From Amoebidium appalachense (taxonomy: Eukaryota > Protista > Ichthyosporea): a DNA stretch of 64,000 bases. Of this stretch, positions 33,063 to 52,883 are shown in pieces (positions within the stretch are counted from its first letter, which is position 1; every line of letters starts with the position of its first letter). The notes under the pieces are model-generated. The model was not told the DNA's origin. It did not search any database and worked only from the letters and a program-made list of their open reading frames with translations. Where the stretch lies: positions 13,921,615 to 13,985,614 of the forward strand of contig CAVNZM010000002.1 in assembly GCA_963693365.1 (NCBI GenBank), in the 5' to 3' direction. The position numbers and the translations under genes were made by a program.

Positions 33063-33099
<37 letters not shown>

Positions 33100-33240
33100 A
33101 CGGTGCTGCTGATGGGAGGGGGAGAATGGGGGGCCGGGGGGGGAGGGGGCGGGGGGGGGGGATAGTTACCAGTACAACCCCTCAAAGAAGGGGGGGGGGG
33201 GGAGGAGGGGAGGGGGGGAGGGGGGGACGTCGATATTTAC

Positions 33241-33275
<35 letters not shown>

Positions 33276-33320
33276 CCCTCGCCCCTCCATCGTGGCACAT
33301 TTCAAATTTAAAAATCCCAT
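30630..33320. mobile_element. Non-autonomous foldback element with long diverged inverted repeats (Mutator/Foldback-like)
   Basis: Perfect 22-bp IR 30660-30681 / 33221-33242; perfect 21-bp IR 31876-31896 / 32778-32798; diverged IR ~31910-32015 / ~32638-32760; central ~500-bp non-coding core. Confidence 0.7.
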
Positions 33321-33468
33321 GGCATGTATTCCAGCATCGGGCCGCGGTAACCCAAATAATTGGAAAACGTGAACACACAAGCTTGGCTGGTAGCTTGCTG
33401 CGTTATTAGTATTTCATAGAAGTCAGGCTACCCTTGCACAGTCCCTCCCCCACACACACACACACACG

Positions 33469-33545
<77 letters not shown>

Positions 33546-33549
33546 CACC

Positions 33550-34260
<711 letters not shown>

Positions 34261-34542
34261 CTGATTTATATTTCATTCTTGGTGTTCTGCTGCGGCTTGT
34301 TCTTCCCTACGTACGGGACCATCCGCTCGAGCGTTATTCCTGAGCAGACACGTGCGGCTATAATGAACTTGTTCCGTATGCCTCTTAACGGGTTTGTGGT
34401 GCTGCTGCTTCTCAAGGTTAAGTTCTTGCCTATGTCGAATGTGTTCTTTATCTGCATGGGTGCTCATGTCGTTTCTTTCTTGCTGTACTGGCGGTTCTCC
34501 TATCTTACACCAGAAAAAGCTTACTCTCTCGTTGAAAACTAA
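34261..34542 (+). pseudogene. C-terminal fragment of an MFSD5/MOT2-like (molybdate-anion transporter family) MFS gene
   Basis: FLVFCCGLFFPTYGTIRSSVIPEQTRAAIMNLFRMPLNGFVVLLL matches the family's C-terminal pattern (GL.FP..G.LRS..IPE..R...MN.FR.PLN). It apparently lacks the FE.C residues, starts directly at the retroelement end, and no upstream exons were found. Confidence 0.75.
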
Positions 34543-34790
34543 GGTTGTTATGCAACACGCTTATATGTCATTATCAATATATATGCTAATATGATTTCAT
34601 TGGATATGATACAAGAAACAGGATATAACCAGGCTTGGCATCGATGCTATCAGACCAATCCACACATTTGTAATTATTCTTAGCTAGATATCTGAACGGC
34701 ACGTATCCCACGTCTATTCCAAATAAAACGGTCGAGTTACGGCCTCTAACAATATGTCAGGCTCAGCTGGCAGTAGTGTTGATCAAGGCC

Positions 34791-34823
<33 letters not shown>

Positions 34824-35326
34824 ACCACCACCACCACCACTGGCACCACCACCCATTCCCCCCGCCTCCTGTGAGTTCCTTTTCAACTTCCCGCTTTAGT
34901 CTTCGCCCCTTTCAAAGCAAAAAGGCATGATCATCATTGAAAAGCTAACACATGTACGCAGGTTGTGAAAACGTTCCTCCCCCCTTACCTCCCCCCCCCC
35001 CCAAAAAAAAAACAAAAAAACACACAGGGCGCACACACACGACCCCCACGAGCCAACAACACACCTCATTCATGGAATCTGAAATAGACTCCAGAAGTTA
35101 CCGGGCGACAGCGTTTGAAATACTAAGTAAATCAAATGCTTTATCTGTACAATCTTTATTGTGGCAAACCCAGGGTTGCGGAGTCAGGAGTACGCAAGTT
35201 TTATCGAGTTCCCTTACACCGGCATATTGAGGACAAGATACATTCGAAGGCTGATGCGGCAGGTAGAGTCAGCCCCGCCATACATGGAAACATCTTCCCC
35301 CCCCCCCCCCCCCTCCTCCACCCACC

Positions 35327-35367
<41 letters not shown>

Positions 35368-35798
35368 ACCCCCCCCACCCCCCAAAATTTAAAGGGAAGA
35401 AAGAACGAAACAAACAAAAAAAAAAAAAGAACGAAAGAAACTAACCATCCACCCGGGCCATAACAACAATGCCCCTTCTAATCTCCGATAATTCATGTGC
35501 TACCACCCATCCGCTTTAAAGATTTAGCACTACGAAATGATGCCACTACTTGATTGAGAACTTCGTCTATTAGGCACCTATTCAAATGCAGCGGCATAGG
35601 AGCCATGCAGGTTCATAAAAGGCCTGTTACCAAAACAAGAAACTGACTGCTGTGTGTATGAGGCTCACCAAAAAGCTACATTAACCCTTATCTACAGTCG
35701 TATTGGACCTCGTTTTTCCAGCATACCATACCGGAAATGGGGAAGGGACGTCCTGTTTCTAAACGAGAATCCCCCTAACAGTACACGGAAAAATGCCG

Positions 35799-36336
35799 CT
35801 ATTCAGTCATTGCATTGCTTGGTGTAGGGGCCGGGGTCTTGGGTGCTGGTGGCTGCTGTGGTTGTTTTGGCAGTTTGTAGGTTTTCAGAGGCAGGGCTTG
35901 CATTTTCGGGACACTCCCATCCCACATTCTGTTGGGTGCATCGGTTAATTCCTGCCGTGACGTGAATCACTATTTCATCTGCAAAGTAAAAGAAAACTCT
36001 ATCCCCATTTGTCTTTGATGCCAATATCCCCCCATCCCCCCCCTCCCCCCCCCCCCAAAAAAAAGAATACATACACAAACACACGCACGCGCACGCGCAT
36101 CCCCCCCCCCCCCCCCAAAAAAAAAAAAGAATACACACACACACACACGCACACGCACACGCACACACACACACACACGCACACGCACACGCACACACAC
36201 GCACACACGCACGCACACCAACAGCCGAACCTTCTTACCCCTACCAGTCAACCATCAATCGATCCCCCCTCACCAACTCATAAGTCCCACCAACCACCAC
36301 ACACCTCCCATCTCAGAAAAAGCTGCAGCAGGGGAA

Positions 36337-36376
<40 letters not shown>

Positions 36377-36398
36377 ATGCAAAATGTTCGTGCACGCA

Positions 36399-36442
<44 letters not shown>

Positions 36443-37629
36443 CGCGCGGGTGTGCGCTCGAGGGTACGCAGATAAGTGTGTTCAATAATGAATATCTGAT
36501 GGAGCATGCTAGCGCACAGCCCTGGGTGAACAAGGGGCGAAGGGCGCACACACGCAGGTCTGTGTGAATGTGCGTGTGTGTGGGGGGGGGTTATTTGGGC
36601 GTTAGGGGGGGGGGGGGGGGGGGGGGGGGGAGGAGAGAGAGAGTGTGTGTGTGTGAGCAGCTCCGAGAAGGGGGAGGGAGGGGGGGGGGGGGGGGGGAGG
36701 GGGGTTACTTGAATTGAGTCAACAATTTTTCGGTGGTTAAATCTGGTCCTTCTGTAGGAAGAGCACACAGTCAGAAAATGTGAAGATTCAACAACACATT
36801 GTGCTATATGCTTGCTGTTAATTTGCAAACAAGAATTTCAGCCTTGGTTTTAAAAAACGGTCTATCCAAACCTGAGTTACGATTTGGATTTCCAACCCTG
36901 GTTTACAATGTGGCATTTTCAGACCTGACAGTTGTGAGGCGGTATGTCGAAGACCTCGTGTATATTTTGAGGGAGTGCTTAGAGAGAACAACTGCGTGTC
37001 TGTATAACTGTGTTTTCAGGCACTATGGGGTGGAAAGGAACAAAATAGAAATCTACTACTTTCTTAGCGAGTTTCTATTGGTCAACGGCATAGCAAATGA
37101 TCACGATCAATTATGGCGTATGTATCTATGACGGCGGCTTAGTCAAAAGTTGGCCTTAGAGCTACTATCGAGTTTACACACTATCGAAAGTAATTTGAAG
37201 TGCATAAAGCCTTTTTCCTAATAGTAAACAGGCTTTGGGTGCCTAATAATTTTTTTGGAGTGCCTCGTAGATAGCGAGGTAGCAAATTTAGACCGGCGCG
37301 GAGCTAGCTAGTCATGAGCCGTGCCGGTCAGTCAGCCAATCAGCCACTGTTAGCCTCCTTGAATCTGGTCAAATCAACCAATCGCGTAGCCCTAAAAAAG
37401 TAGCATCGTTTCTATTTTGTTCCTTTCCACCCCATAGGAGGAGGAGGAGAAAAGGGTGAAGGGGGGGGGGGGGGGGGGGGGGATTATATGCATTAGAGGG
37501 TTGGAAATATGGGGGGGAGACCAAAGGGCAAAAATAAAAAATCGTCACAAAAATAAACAACCCGCAATCGAACCATAAAATAGAACAAATAAAAAAATGC
37601 AGGCAGAAGATACTTAAACAGAGCCCATG

Positions 37630-37666
<37 letters not shown>

Positions 37667-38487
37667 GGGGGGTTTGCAGGGGTTCTTACGGAATCCCGAT
37701 ACGAGTTGGGCCGTCTCTTCCTTTTTGCAAGCAAGAAGGGCATCCTCTCTCGATGCCTGCATATGGATGTGTCAGAAAGTTTTTGGGCAGTATGTGTACA
37801 CAAACATTAGCCAAAATTCCCTGGAAAGATTGCACGATCTTTTTCGCTTTCTGCATGTGCGTGCTTGTCACGGTGTTGTGTTGTGTGTTTGCGTATGTGT
37901 GTGGCAGTTTTAGGTGTGGAGTGGGAATGGTGAGTGGGTGCCAGTTGATAGCGGTGGTGGAGGGTGTACCGGGAGGAGGAAGAGGGTGGCGGGGTGAAGG
38001 CGGCGGCGGCGGTTGGGGGAAGGGGAGGGGGGGGGGGGGTTCGATGAAGAGGATGGTTGAAGACGCCACGGGGGAAAAGACACGGAAAAGCGACAGAACA
38101 TATACAGCCAAACCAATGAGGTAAAATACTGCATCCCAGAAGAAAGGTTCTACTTTCGTATTTCCAAACAAACCCCCGAACCACGAGAAGGTGCTTGACC
38201 GCCCCATCCCTCCCCCCCCCCCCCTTCCTTTGGGGGGGGGGGGGGGGGGGGGGGGGACCCTACCTGCCTACCTGCCTGAAGGGACTGCAAGGTTGCTTTG
38301 CCAAGAAAAGAAAGGGAAAAGAAGGGAAAGAAAGGTGTTGATAGGAGAAAAGAAAAGAAACGAAAACGCAACAACACACCTTATGGCGTGTGCCGTGTCT
38401 GTTGAGTAAAGCAATGTGCTCGAGCTCAAGGTCGTGTCTGGCAATATACCTGGTGGTGTGTGTGTGTGTGTATGTGTATGTGTGTGT

Positions 38488-38529
<42 letters not shown>

Positions 38530-38756
38530 ATGGATGCCTAGGTCAGAGCACAAGATTCATGTGTGTACGAGTTATGGTGCTTTGCTTTGTGGCTCTTTCT
38601 CTCTCTCTTCTCCTGTTTTCCTCTCGGTGGTGGTGGTCACGGATTGTGTGTGTGTGTGTGTATGTGTGTGTGCTTGCATGTGTGCGCTTGCGCATATGTG
38701 CGCATGTGTGCTTGAGTGTGTGCCAACGTGTGAGGACGTCTGCGTGCGTGCGTGTG

Positions 38757-38802
<46 letters not shown>

Positions 38803-38874
38803 CCCACATGCGTGCTCTTATGTATATGCACTGCGGATGTGGTGCCTTTTTCCCGCGCGGGGAGAGGAGGCCGG

Positions 38875-38908
<34 letters not shown>

Positions 38909-39487
38909 TTGCAAGCAAGGGTCATGCACATTGCTTTCCCTCTGCAGTTATAACCATTGATATAACAGACACAGGTATGCGGCAGCATGTGCCCATGTCA
39001 ACACCCAACACCAGAAGGGAGACTCAGGCACGAAGTAAACGGAGAGGAACGGTGGGGGGTTTGGTGCGGGGGGGGTGTTTGGGGCCAGATGGGGGGGAGA
39101 GGGGGTGAGGCTGGGAGAGAGAGTGGCGGGACGGAGAGCAAGAGGGTGGGTTAGGGGATGGGGCGGGCGGAGAAAGGGAAGGAGGAGAGGAGGGGGGAGG
39201 GAACGAGGGGGGGTGGAGGGGTGGAGGGGGAGCGAGAGAGACAGGTGGGAGAGGGGAGAAAAGGAAAAGGGTGAGAGGGGGGGGGGGGGGGGAAGGAAGA
39301 GAAAGAGAGAGAGAGGGAAAGAAGGGGGAGGGAAGGGGACGGGGGGGGGGGGGGGGGGGGCAAGGGGGAGAGAGCGGGGGGGTCGTACCTCTGAATAAAC
39401 TCTATCATGTCTGCGTCTGTGTAAAAGTCTTTGTCTACATCCAAGTTTTCGAAAAACCACTGTAGTTTCAAACCTGTGTGTGTGTGT

Positions 39488-39564
<77 letters not shown>

Positions 39565-39567
39565 AAG

Positions 39568-39598
<31 letters not shown>

Positions 39599-40393
39599 TG
39601 TGTGTCGGACGGATGTGTTTGGTTAGGGAAGAGAGAGAAAATAGATCGGGAAATGTTGATGGTTGTGTGTTTGCTTGTAGGCGTGTATGTATGTGTGTGT
39701 GTCCGCGCGTGCATGGACGCCCGTGCATGTGTGTGCATGTGTGTGCGTGTGCAAGCGTGTGGCTGTGTGTGAGTGCGTATGTACATGTGTGTTTTGCAAA
39801 TAAATACAAGTACGTATGTGTGTGTTTTTACATGGATGCGGAACCTGGCACTGCAACCGAGCGTGTGTGCTCTGGGGCTCCCATGGACGGAAGAGACGTG
39901 GGTGTGTGTGTGGTTGGGGGGGGGGGGGGGGGGGGGGGGGGGGATGTATGGGTAACAGCGCCCGGGGGGGGGGGGGGGGGGGGAGGGGGGAGGGGGAGGG
40001 GAGGGGAGGGGAGGGGGGAAGAGATGTTGGCCATTTTATGCCTGTGAACGTATTGACTACATTGTTTTGTGGAGTGGATGACCAAGTGTAGCCTAAATTC
40101 TGCAGTGCTCGTTGGGGTGACACCGATAATCTCCATATCCTGTAAATCTGAATGCTGATTGCCTCATATCTAGGCTACGGTTTGCCGGTGCCGTCACAGT
40201 TAACTTTACAGTTAAGTTAGGGCCGCCGGTGGAAAGAGGGGGGGGGGGGGGGGGGGGGGAGGAGGAAGGAGGAGGAGGGGTGGCGGTTAGAAAGGGTCAT
40301 AGAGCACAAAGTACACATTTTCGACAGCCAACACAAAGTAGAGTTTGCAGAACACAAGTCAGTATACGCCATAAGGGGCCGGGGAGCGGGAGC

Positions 40394-40424
<31 letters not shown>

Positions 40425-41340
40425 CATACAGAGTGTGTTTGCGACCTGCTGGTGCTCTGTCTTCCTCTTTGTGATTCGTTCGTGTCTGACAACGGCACGG
40501 TTCTGTCTACGTGCCTCCCGCGACTCCGGGTGGGTCGTTTTAACCCTCTTCTCTTCCCTCGCTATCTTTGGCTTTGAGGAGATGGGTAAGGAAAACATGA
40601 AAACGTGAACACAGGAAAGTAATGGGTCGTTAGAGGCACAGGGAAGACAGAAATGCTAGAAGAGGAGGACAGGAAGGCAAGCGCAGAAGTGACGAGTGTT
40701 GGGCGGGCAGGGAGGGGGAGGGGAGGATGAGGAGGGGGGAGGGGGGAGGGGGGGGGGGGGCACGGGGTGTTTGAGTCAGCTGCCTGCTTGTTTTTCTTGG
40801 TCAGTGTATTTTGCTTTTTCTTCTGGTAACTGCACCTCCTCGCAGGAGAGTGCAGGAGCATGCATGCGCATCACTATTGATGCAGGGGAAGTTCTACACA
40901 TCACATCATGTGTTTCCTTGCGTTACACATCCCTGCAAGTGCACCCTTATGCACACCCCTCCCCTAGTTTTTGCAGCCGTAGTAGACTTGAGATGGTGAG
41001 AACATCGCACGCAAGAGCAGGAAAAGGGTCGACGTGTGTGGTGATTCGTGCACGTGAACTATTGCGTGTGTGTTTGTGCTTGTGTGTGCCTGTGCAAATG
41101 CTAGTGTGCGTGCATGCTTCGTGTACAAACTTTCACAGGTGTGGGTGAGTGCAGGTGCTTGGGTGCACGTGTACACAAAGACAACGACGTGCGTGTTTGA
41201 GTTGAGGATGCTTGACCGTCTGCTTATGTATGTGTGTATTGCTGTCGACAGAGGTGCTGATGTTTTTGCAAGAGTTTTTGTAGGTTATGTGCACACGAAC
41301 ACACTCTCTGCCTTCAGCTACACGCACGTAAACCTACCAT
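35799..41340 (-). CDS. TMA16: Translation machinery-associated protein 16, 7 exons: 41340-41338 (ATG only), 40571-40430, 39473-39389, 38449-38380, 37756-37690, 36751-36709, 35928-35799 (~179 aa)
   Basis: Spliced product MPK...HPESREA...[10 protein letters not shown]...[18 protein letters not shown]...ASREDAL...GFQGPDLT...FKMWDG matches Tma16 motifs (HP.SR.A, KLQWF, YL.RF..EL, SRE, PDL, WD). All introns GT-AG with consistent phases. Confidence 0.88.
37021..37437. mobile_element. MITE with ~29-bp perfect terminal inverted repeats, left end CACTATG (Transib-like), in TMA16 intron 5
   Basis: CTATGGGGTGGAAAGGAACAAAATAGAAA (37023-37051) and its reverse complement ending at 37437, with diverged subterminal symmetry beyond. 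Confidence 0.8.
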
Positions 41341-42546
41341 TTTCTGGGTTTGGGTTGAGATTCGCTCCTACGGAGTATAGGAAAGGCCTCTGTATTCAAG
41401 TATTCGGCGTACAAAGCTACAAAAAGTGGCTCTACTGATAAAGCAAGTCTGAACATTTGTCGACGATGTTGTGGCACGTGTATCGTTCAGGCAAATAACT
41501 TGAATAGATCCAGGTTTAGCCATTTATGGCTTATCGAATCATGTTCTGATTGGCTTGCAAGTGCGTAAACCCACTGAATACTTCGGAGCTGTTCACTTGC
41601 AGGCCTGTGGGCCATGAAGAGAAAAAAGGGGCGAGAAAACTCCCGTCCTCCCAAGGACCAGAGCATATTTTCACATTTTACACAGCAATTTTCACTTCTC
41701 TGGGCAAGCCCTCCGGTATTCAGGACACCGTTCTTTGTCGTGTGGGGAGTGGGGGGGGGGATCCGCTCCCAAACCGCATAGTATTACGTAATCTGTTTCG
41801 ACTCTGTACATGTGTGTTGGCGCCCCCATATCAATGTATGCGCGAATGCGCAATGCACCATGGCCCTGTGATGATTAGTTATTGTGCACGTGCGTATGTG
41901 TATTGCAATAGGATATATTGTGTGCACATGTGTAAAACTACCGTTGCCAACTTGGAAGGTGCTGTGTGTGACACTGTGCGAGGATGTGCACGTGCATGAG
42001 GGTGTGGAATGTGTTTGTGAGGTGGCTCATTTCAGGCCTACCATGGCCATGCATGCGCACAGGGAGATTAATATTCCTAGTAGCGTAATACAGCGTCATG
42101 GTGTTAGGTGTGCAATGGTTTTCTCTGTTCAGTCTTAGCTTTATTTCTATCACAGCGCCTTGCCAGCCAGAGTGTCGCTGTGTGCTATACTTGTGGATTT
42201 GCCTTTAAACAACAATTAAAGATAGTGTCGTACAGGCAAGCTACATCTAGGAAAACAGCTATGTATTGTCGTGAGAACAGTCTTGACATGTGCACACTGA
42301 AATGGCTGATCAATAGTGAAAGACTCATACGACAAATCAACCCTACATGAAAAAGGAAAATGAAAACCTTATATGGGGGGTAAAAATGAAAGGAAGCAAT
42401 CAACCACGAGAGTAAACCATAAACCAAGTACAACCTATACCTCTGCATTAATGGGAGCACAAGAGAGTTCTCCGCTTGCCGTTTCTTCGTCTATCTGGTA
42501 CGGGCATTTGCTGGTGTGGAACACCACCAGACGCTCATTCGTTTAC

Positions 42547-47954
<5,408 letters not shown>

Positions 47955-48095
47955 GGTTGATAGAGCGCGTCTAACCACAAGCATTAACGAGGGATGATGT
48001 TGCTGTATGGTTTCTGGATAGAGGAGCGGTTGCTTTCCTTCAAAACGGAGTGCACGCAACAAAAACAAAGTGTGTGAATTGTCGCACCTCGCAAG

Positions 48096-48700
48096 TTTAT
48101 ATATACCGGGCAGTGACCATATTCGTAGCCAATCAGGAACAACTTGCACTATGAAACTTTATGTTGCTACGTTGCCAACAATTGTAAGTAAATAAATTGT
48201 CAATAGTTAAAGAAATTTTGTTACTTGGTATAATAAAATTTTTATAAAGAAAATACATTAAACAAGCAATAATGTTAAGGTAACCTATGTTATTGTACAC
48301 TCTTGTCGTACGAGTATGCCAAAATCTTGATTTGTAAGAAACCTTTTATTGGTCGATAGGTTCTCAAGTGCTGCATCTGACTCATGATCTGAGCAGCATC
48401 TCAGGATTCACGTAAAATGGATCATCGTCTCATACCATTTATGTACTCTAGTTGTTGATACTACCTAGAATTAATAATCACATATTATTTTCCACCAATT
48501 TTTACGTACCTTTTTTTATAATTATTGATCATATAGCTTGTGAAGCCAGCTTCACTTGGTTGCCATGGCTGACGTGAGAGTGACGTCAAGTGTACAATGT
48601 TCTGGAACTATGATTGGTTTAAGGTCACATATATATACATCCAAGCTCCTATTGGCTGGATAGCCTTGGTGAAAATTTGGAAATTCTAATTTTATATATA
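48096..48700. promoter_or_regulatory. Divergent promoter region between CTH and the mS45-like gene
   Basis: TATA on - strand 48096-48106 and CCAAT 48129; TGACTCA 48378; TGACGTCA 48581; further ATTGG and TATATA motifs 48613-48700. Confidence 0.55.
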
Positions 48701-48834
48701 GCTCCATAAGGCTTTGAAAGCCTATTTTAAGACTGGTGGGCCAACGTTGGCCTTCTGGGAGAGGTTTGCGCTATCATCCGTGCTCACACATGCATGCATG
48801 CCGGGGGGTCCGGACATGAACCAGTACCGATAGA

Positions 48835-48876
<42 letters not shown>

Positions 48877-49120
48877 AGAGGAGGAGCGAGCTAGACAGGG
48901 AGACACTAAAAGTTCAACGCGGGCACAGGTTAGCTTCAGGAGACAGAGAGCTAGTTTTTGGCACTGCTAGGCGTGCCCTAGTTCTTCATTACGGTCTTGT
49001 TCTAGTAGCCATTCCTTGCTGGGGGTGTTTCATTCTGTTCTCTAGAGGTTCTGACACGAACAAGCATAGGTTGAGAAGACTTCTTGTTTTCCTGTGTTAT
49101 TTTATTCATTGCATTTCAAA

Positions 49121-51010
49121 ATGTTTGTGGCGCGAACCTGCCAGGCAGCCGTGCGCTCTGCTTCCATGGTGAGTGCTGTTGGCTCGCTGCACCCAAGCAA
49201 CTGCAAACTCGCCGTATTCTTCAACGATAAATGCACAAGCCTTAGCACACCAGACGATGGACAATATGACACATTTACGCAAAAGCAAATACACATACTT
49301 GATTGTTTGGTACACACAAGCACAGGCGCGCACATAACAGACATGGACAATATGACACATTTGCACAAAAGCAAATACACATACTTGATTGTTTGGTACA
49401 CACAAGCACAGGCGCGCGCACATAACACACAAATCAAATTGGAAATTATGTTAGGGTGCAGTTTTGGGTTTTCCCCTGCCTCTGCTTGGGTAGCTCTCTG
49501 CCACATATTACTGGCTTCGATTACTGGCTAGCGACAAGGCCATTCTTGTCAAAAGACACAAGGGAGTGGAAAGGATGCACACACAGGAGAAGTGGAGTAC
49601 GGCACGGTGGCTGAAAATGAGGGGGAGGGGGGAGGGGGGAGAGGAGGGGGAACAGCCTCGAATTAGACTGACGAAGGAAACGAGTGGATATTGGGACAGT
49701 TTGAGGAGGAAGGGGAAGACGGGGGCGGGAGCCGGGAGAGAGGGCCGTAGTAAGAGAAAGAGAAGGAGGGAGACAGGATGCGTGTCCGTGGAGGAAGTAC
49801 CTCGCACTAACATACACGTACGCTCTTGTGTAAACACTTCAGTGCTATCTGCAACATCTCGAATAACTTAGCCAACTAATGGCTTGTTTTTCTTCGAGTT
49901 TCCGCTCCTTTACGTTACTTCACTTCCATCCCCCTCCCCCCCTCCCCCCCTCCCCCCCGCTCCCTCTCCCCGCCCGGGCGTGCCGCCGCTACCGTGCACC
50001 CTTCCCTTCCCTCAGCTCTCTTATGCATTTTTCTCCACTCCTACCACCACCACCCACCTAAGTGTGTCTTTTTTTTGACCTATCTTCCCCCCCCCCTCGC
50101 CCCCCTAAAAAACCCTTGGTGCTTCCCTTAGAATTAACCTAACCCCGACCCATTAAATCACACATGCACCCATCACGCACTATTTACCTCTCACTCATCT
50201 CCATTCCACCACATAGGCAAGCACAGGGGCGGTTGCACTTTCCAGAACCGGCGCAATCCAGCAGCTGGCGCAGAGGGGCGCGGCCAGAGTCAACACGCCA
50301 GATGTGACGGGCACAAGGAGGAGACAAGGGGACGAGTCTGCCGAAAGCAGGTTCAGATGGTCTGCAAGCAGAGATGGGTTCAGGTCGAGGGACAGGGAGG
50401 AGGAGGGGCCAAAGATGAGGCCCGTGGTGTGGAGGTCGGCAGAGTGGGGAGAGGAGGAACCGCCTGCAGTGATGGTGCGTGCAATGTGATGTGTTTGCTG
50501 ATGATTGCACGTTTTTGTTTTTTTTTTGTTTTTTGTTGTTTTTTTTTTTGCGTGGAGGAAAGGGGGGAGGGGGTGGGGGTGGAGGCGGAGGGAGGGAGGA
50601 GAGGGGGGGGGGGCTCTATTTGTCTGTGTGGGTTTTATGGAAGAACAGGGCTTTTCCGCCTACCTTGTTCGTTTTGTTCTGAGTGGGAGCAAATGGAGAT
50701 GAAGGGAAATGTTTTGGATAATGATCCGGTAATAGGAAGACGTGAAGAGAGGGAGAGCATGTGCGGGTTGGGTGGGGTGGCCGGGGGGAGGGGGGGGGGG
50801 GGGGGGGGATCTTGGGGATGGTTTGTTTTTGGGTAGGGATTGGGGTGTGGTGTGAGGGGAGGGAGGAGAGGGGAGGAAGGATCACACAGTAGAGCTGGGG
50901 TTGAGGAGTTGGAAGAGGAAAATGGGTATTTATACCCATCAACACACCAATACACACAAGTTCACTAGATCCATGTTCATCACACACAAATGACACACGC
51001 ATGTCCCCCC

Positions 51011-51057
<47 letters not shown>

Positions 51058-51911
51058 ACACAAAAGCACCCACATGCAAACATGCACATGCACACTTTTG
51101 CGCGCGCGCACATACACAAACACACACACACACTCACACACACACACTCACTCACTCACTCACTCACTCACTCACTCACTCACTCACTCACTCACTCAAT
51201 CAGCCACTTTGGGACTCATTCACTAACTCGATCTCTCAGCACGCACACACACTCCCCTCCCCCCCCCCCCCCTCACCCACCCACTCACCTACCCTCGCTC
51301 CCCCTCCTCTCTCTCTCTCTCTCTCTCTCCCCCCCCCCCCCCCCCCCCCCCCCCCCGCCTCTCAACAAACACTTACCCTCCCCCCCCCCCCCCCCTCCTC
51401 CCCAATACACACTTACCTCCCCCCTCCTCCTCGTCCAACACATACTACACATTCACACACACAAACACAACCCCTGCCCCTCTCCCCCTCCCCCCCCCTC
51501 CACCTACGCGTGCAGGCCCGCGCGCACACACACACACACGTACACGTACACGTACACACACACACACACACGTACACGTACACACACGTACACACACACA
51601 CACACACGTACACGCGTATACAGGAATGGCGGGTGTCAGATCGCACTAAGACCAGTCTTATCGAGATGCACCACATGGACCCATCCAAGTGGACACCTGA
51701 CCGTCTAGCCAGCCACTACATGCTGAGCCTTGATAGGGTGCAGGCAATTATTCGCATGGACAACTTCGAGAGGTCCCTGAAAGACAAGAGCGTATGCCCC
51801 CCCCCCCACCCTTTCTGCTTTCATTATGCATAACTTTCTGATGTGTGGTTTGCACTCTGCATTGTATTGTCCGTTGTGAATGTGTACTTTGTAATCTATG
51901 GCCAATTCAAA

Positions 51912-51942
<31 letters not shown>

Positions 51943-52786
51943 TACCACACACACACACACACCAAATCCCTTTTGCCTTCGTGAAGCAGTATCTGAGTTG
52001 GATTTCGTCGCCGAGGTGAATGGGTCGGAACTCAAGGACTTTTAATGGATCAATAAACCCGAGTCAAAAGAAAAAGGACTTTCAATGATTTGGGCCCCCT
52101 GTTAGGGTGGGCTCTTTTTGTTGATGTATATTCTTTTTGCGTAATCTACACAATATTTCTCCATCGTGAGTGTGTACTAGGTTGTACTCTGTGACACATT
52201 TTTTATTTCCTGAACCTCCTCCTCCCCTAAATATGATTGTAAATTCTGCGTTCTTCGGGACTTTGGGACTTATTCAGAAAGTATCTAATTAGGTATCGTC
52301 ATAGGAGCTTCTTAGAGGCCCTGCTTTCTGAGTTTCTTATCTATATTGTTTTATGTTTTCCGAGCTTCTATATAGATATTTCTTTCTGAGTTTCTATGTG
52401 TATTTTTAATGTTTTCTGAGTTTTTATCCTTTTTTTTTTTTTTTTTTTTGCTCATGCTTTCTGCCCGGCTTTGCCCAATTCTTTTGCCTGTGATGCTTGC
52501 TCGTGTAACAGCCCTGCTAGTCTCTGATCAAGAAGGGTGACATCAAGACGGGTGACGGGATTTCCACACGCATACGTACACGCACACATACATCCGCGCA
52601 CGCAGACGCACAAAAAGTCGACATCCGCAAACCCACTCACTCACACAGTTACTCACACTCCCTCTTCCCCCCCCCCTCCTCACACACGCACGCGTACGCA
52701 CATGCTCACACCTAACCACCCACCTCGCCCCCATAACACACACACACACACACACACACCCACCCCACACACTTACGCACACATCA

Positions 52787-52883
<97 letters not shown>

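Noticed and set aside
36799-37131. 110-aa plus-strand ORF in TMA16 intron
   Set aside because: Runs across the MITE boundary at 37021 and has no recognisable motif.
49440-49720. YWLRLLASDKAILVKR, LINE C-terminal-like peptide in mS45 intron 1
   Set aside because: Single short motif; insufficient to call a retroelement.
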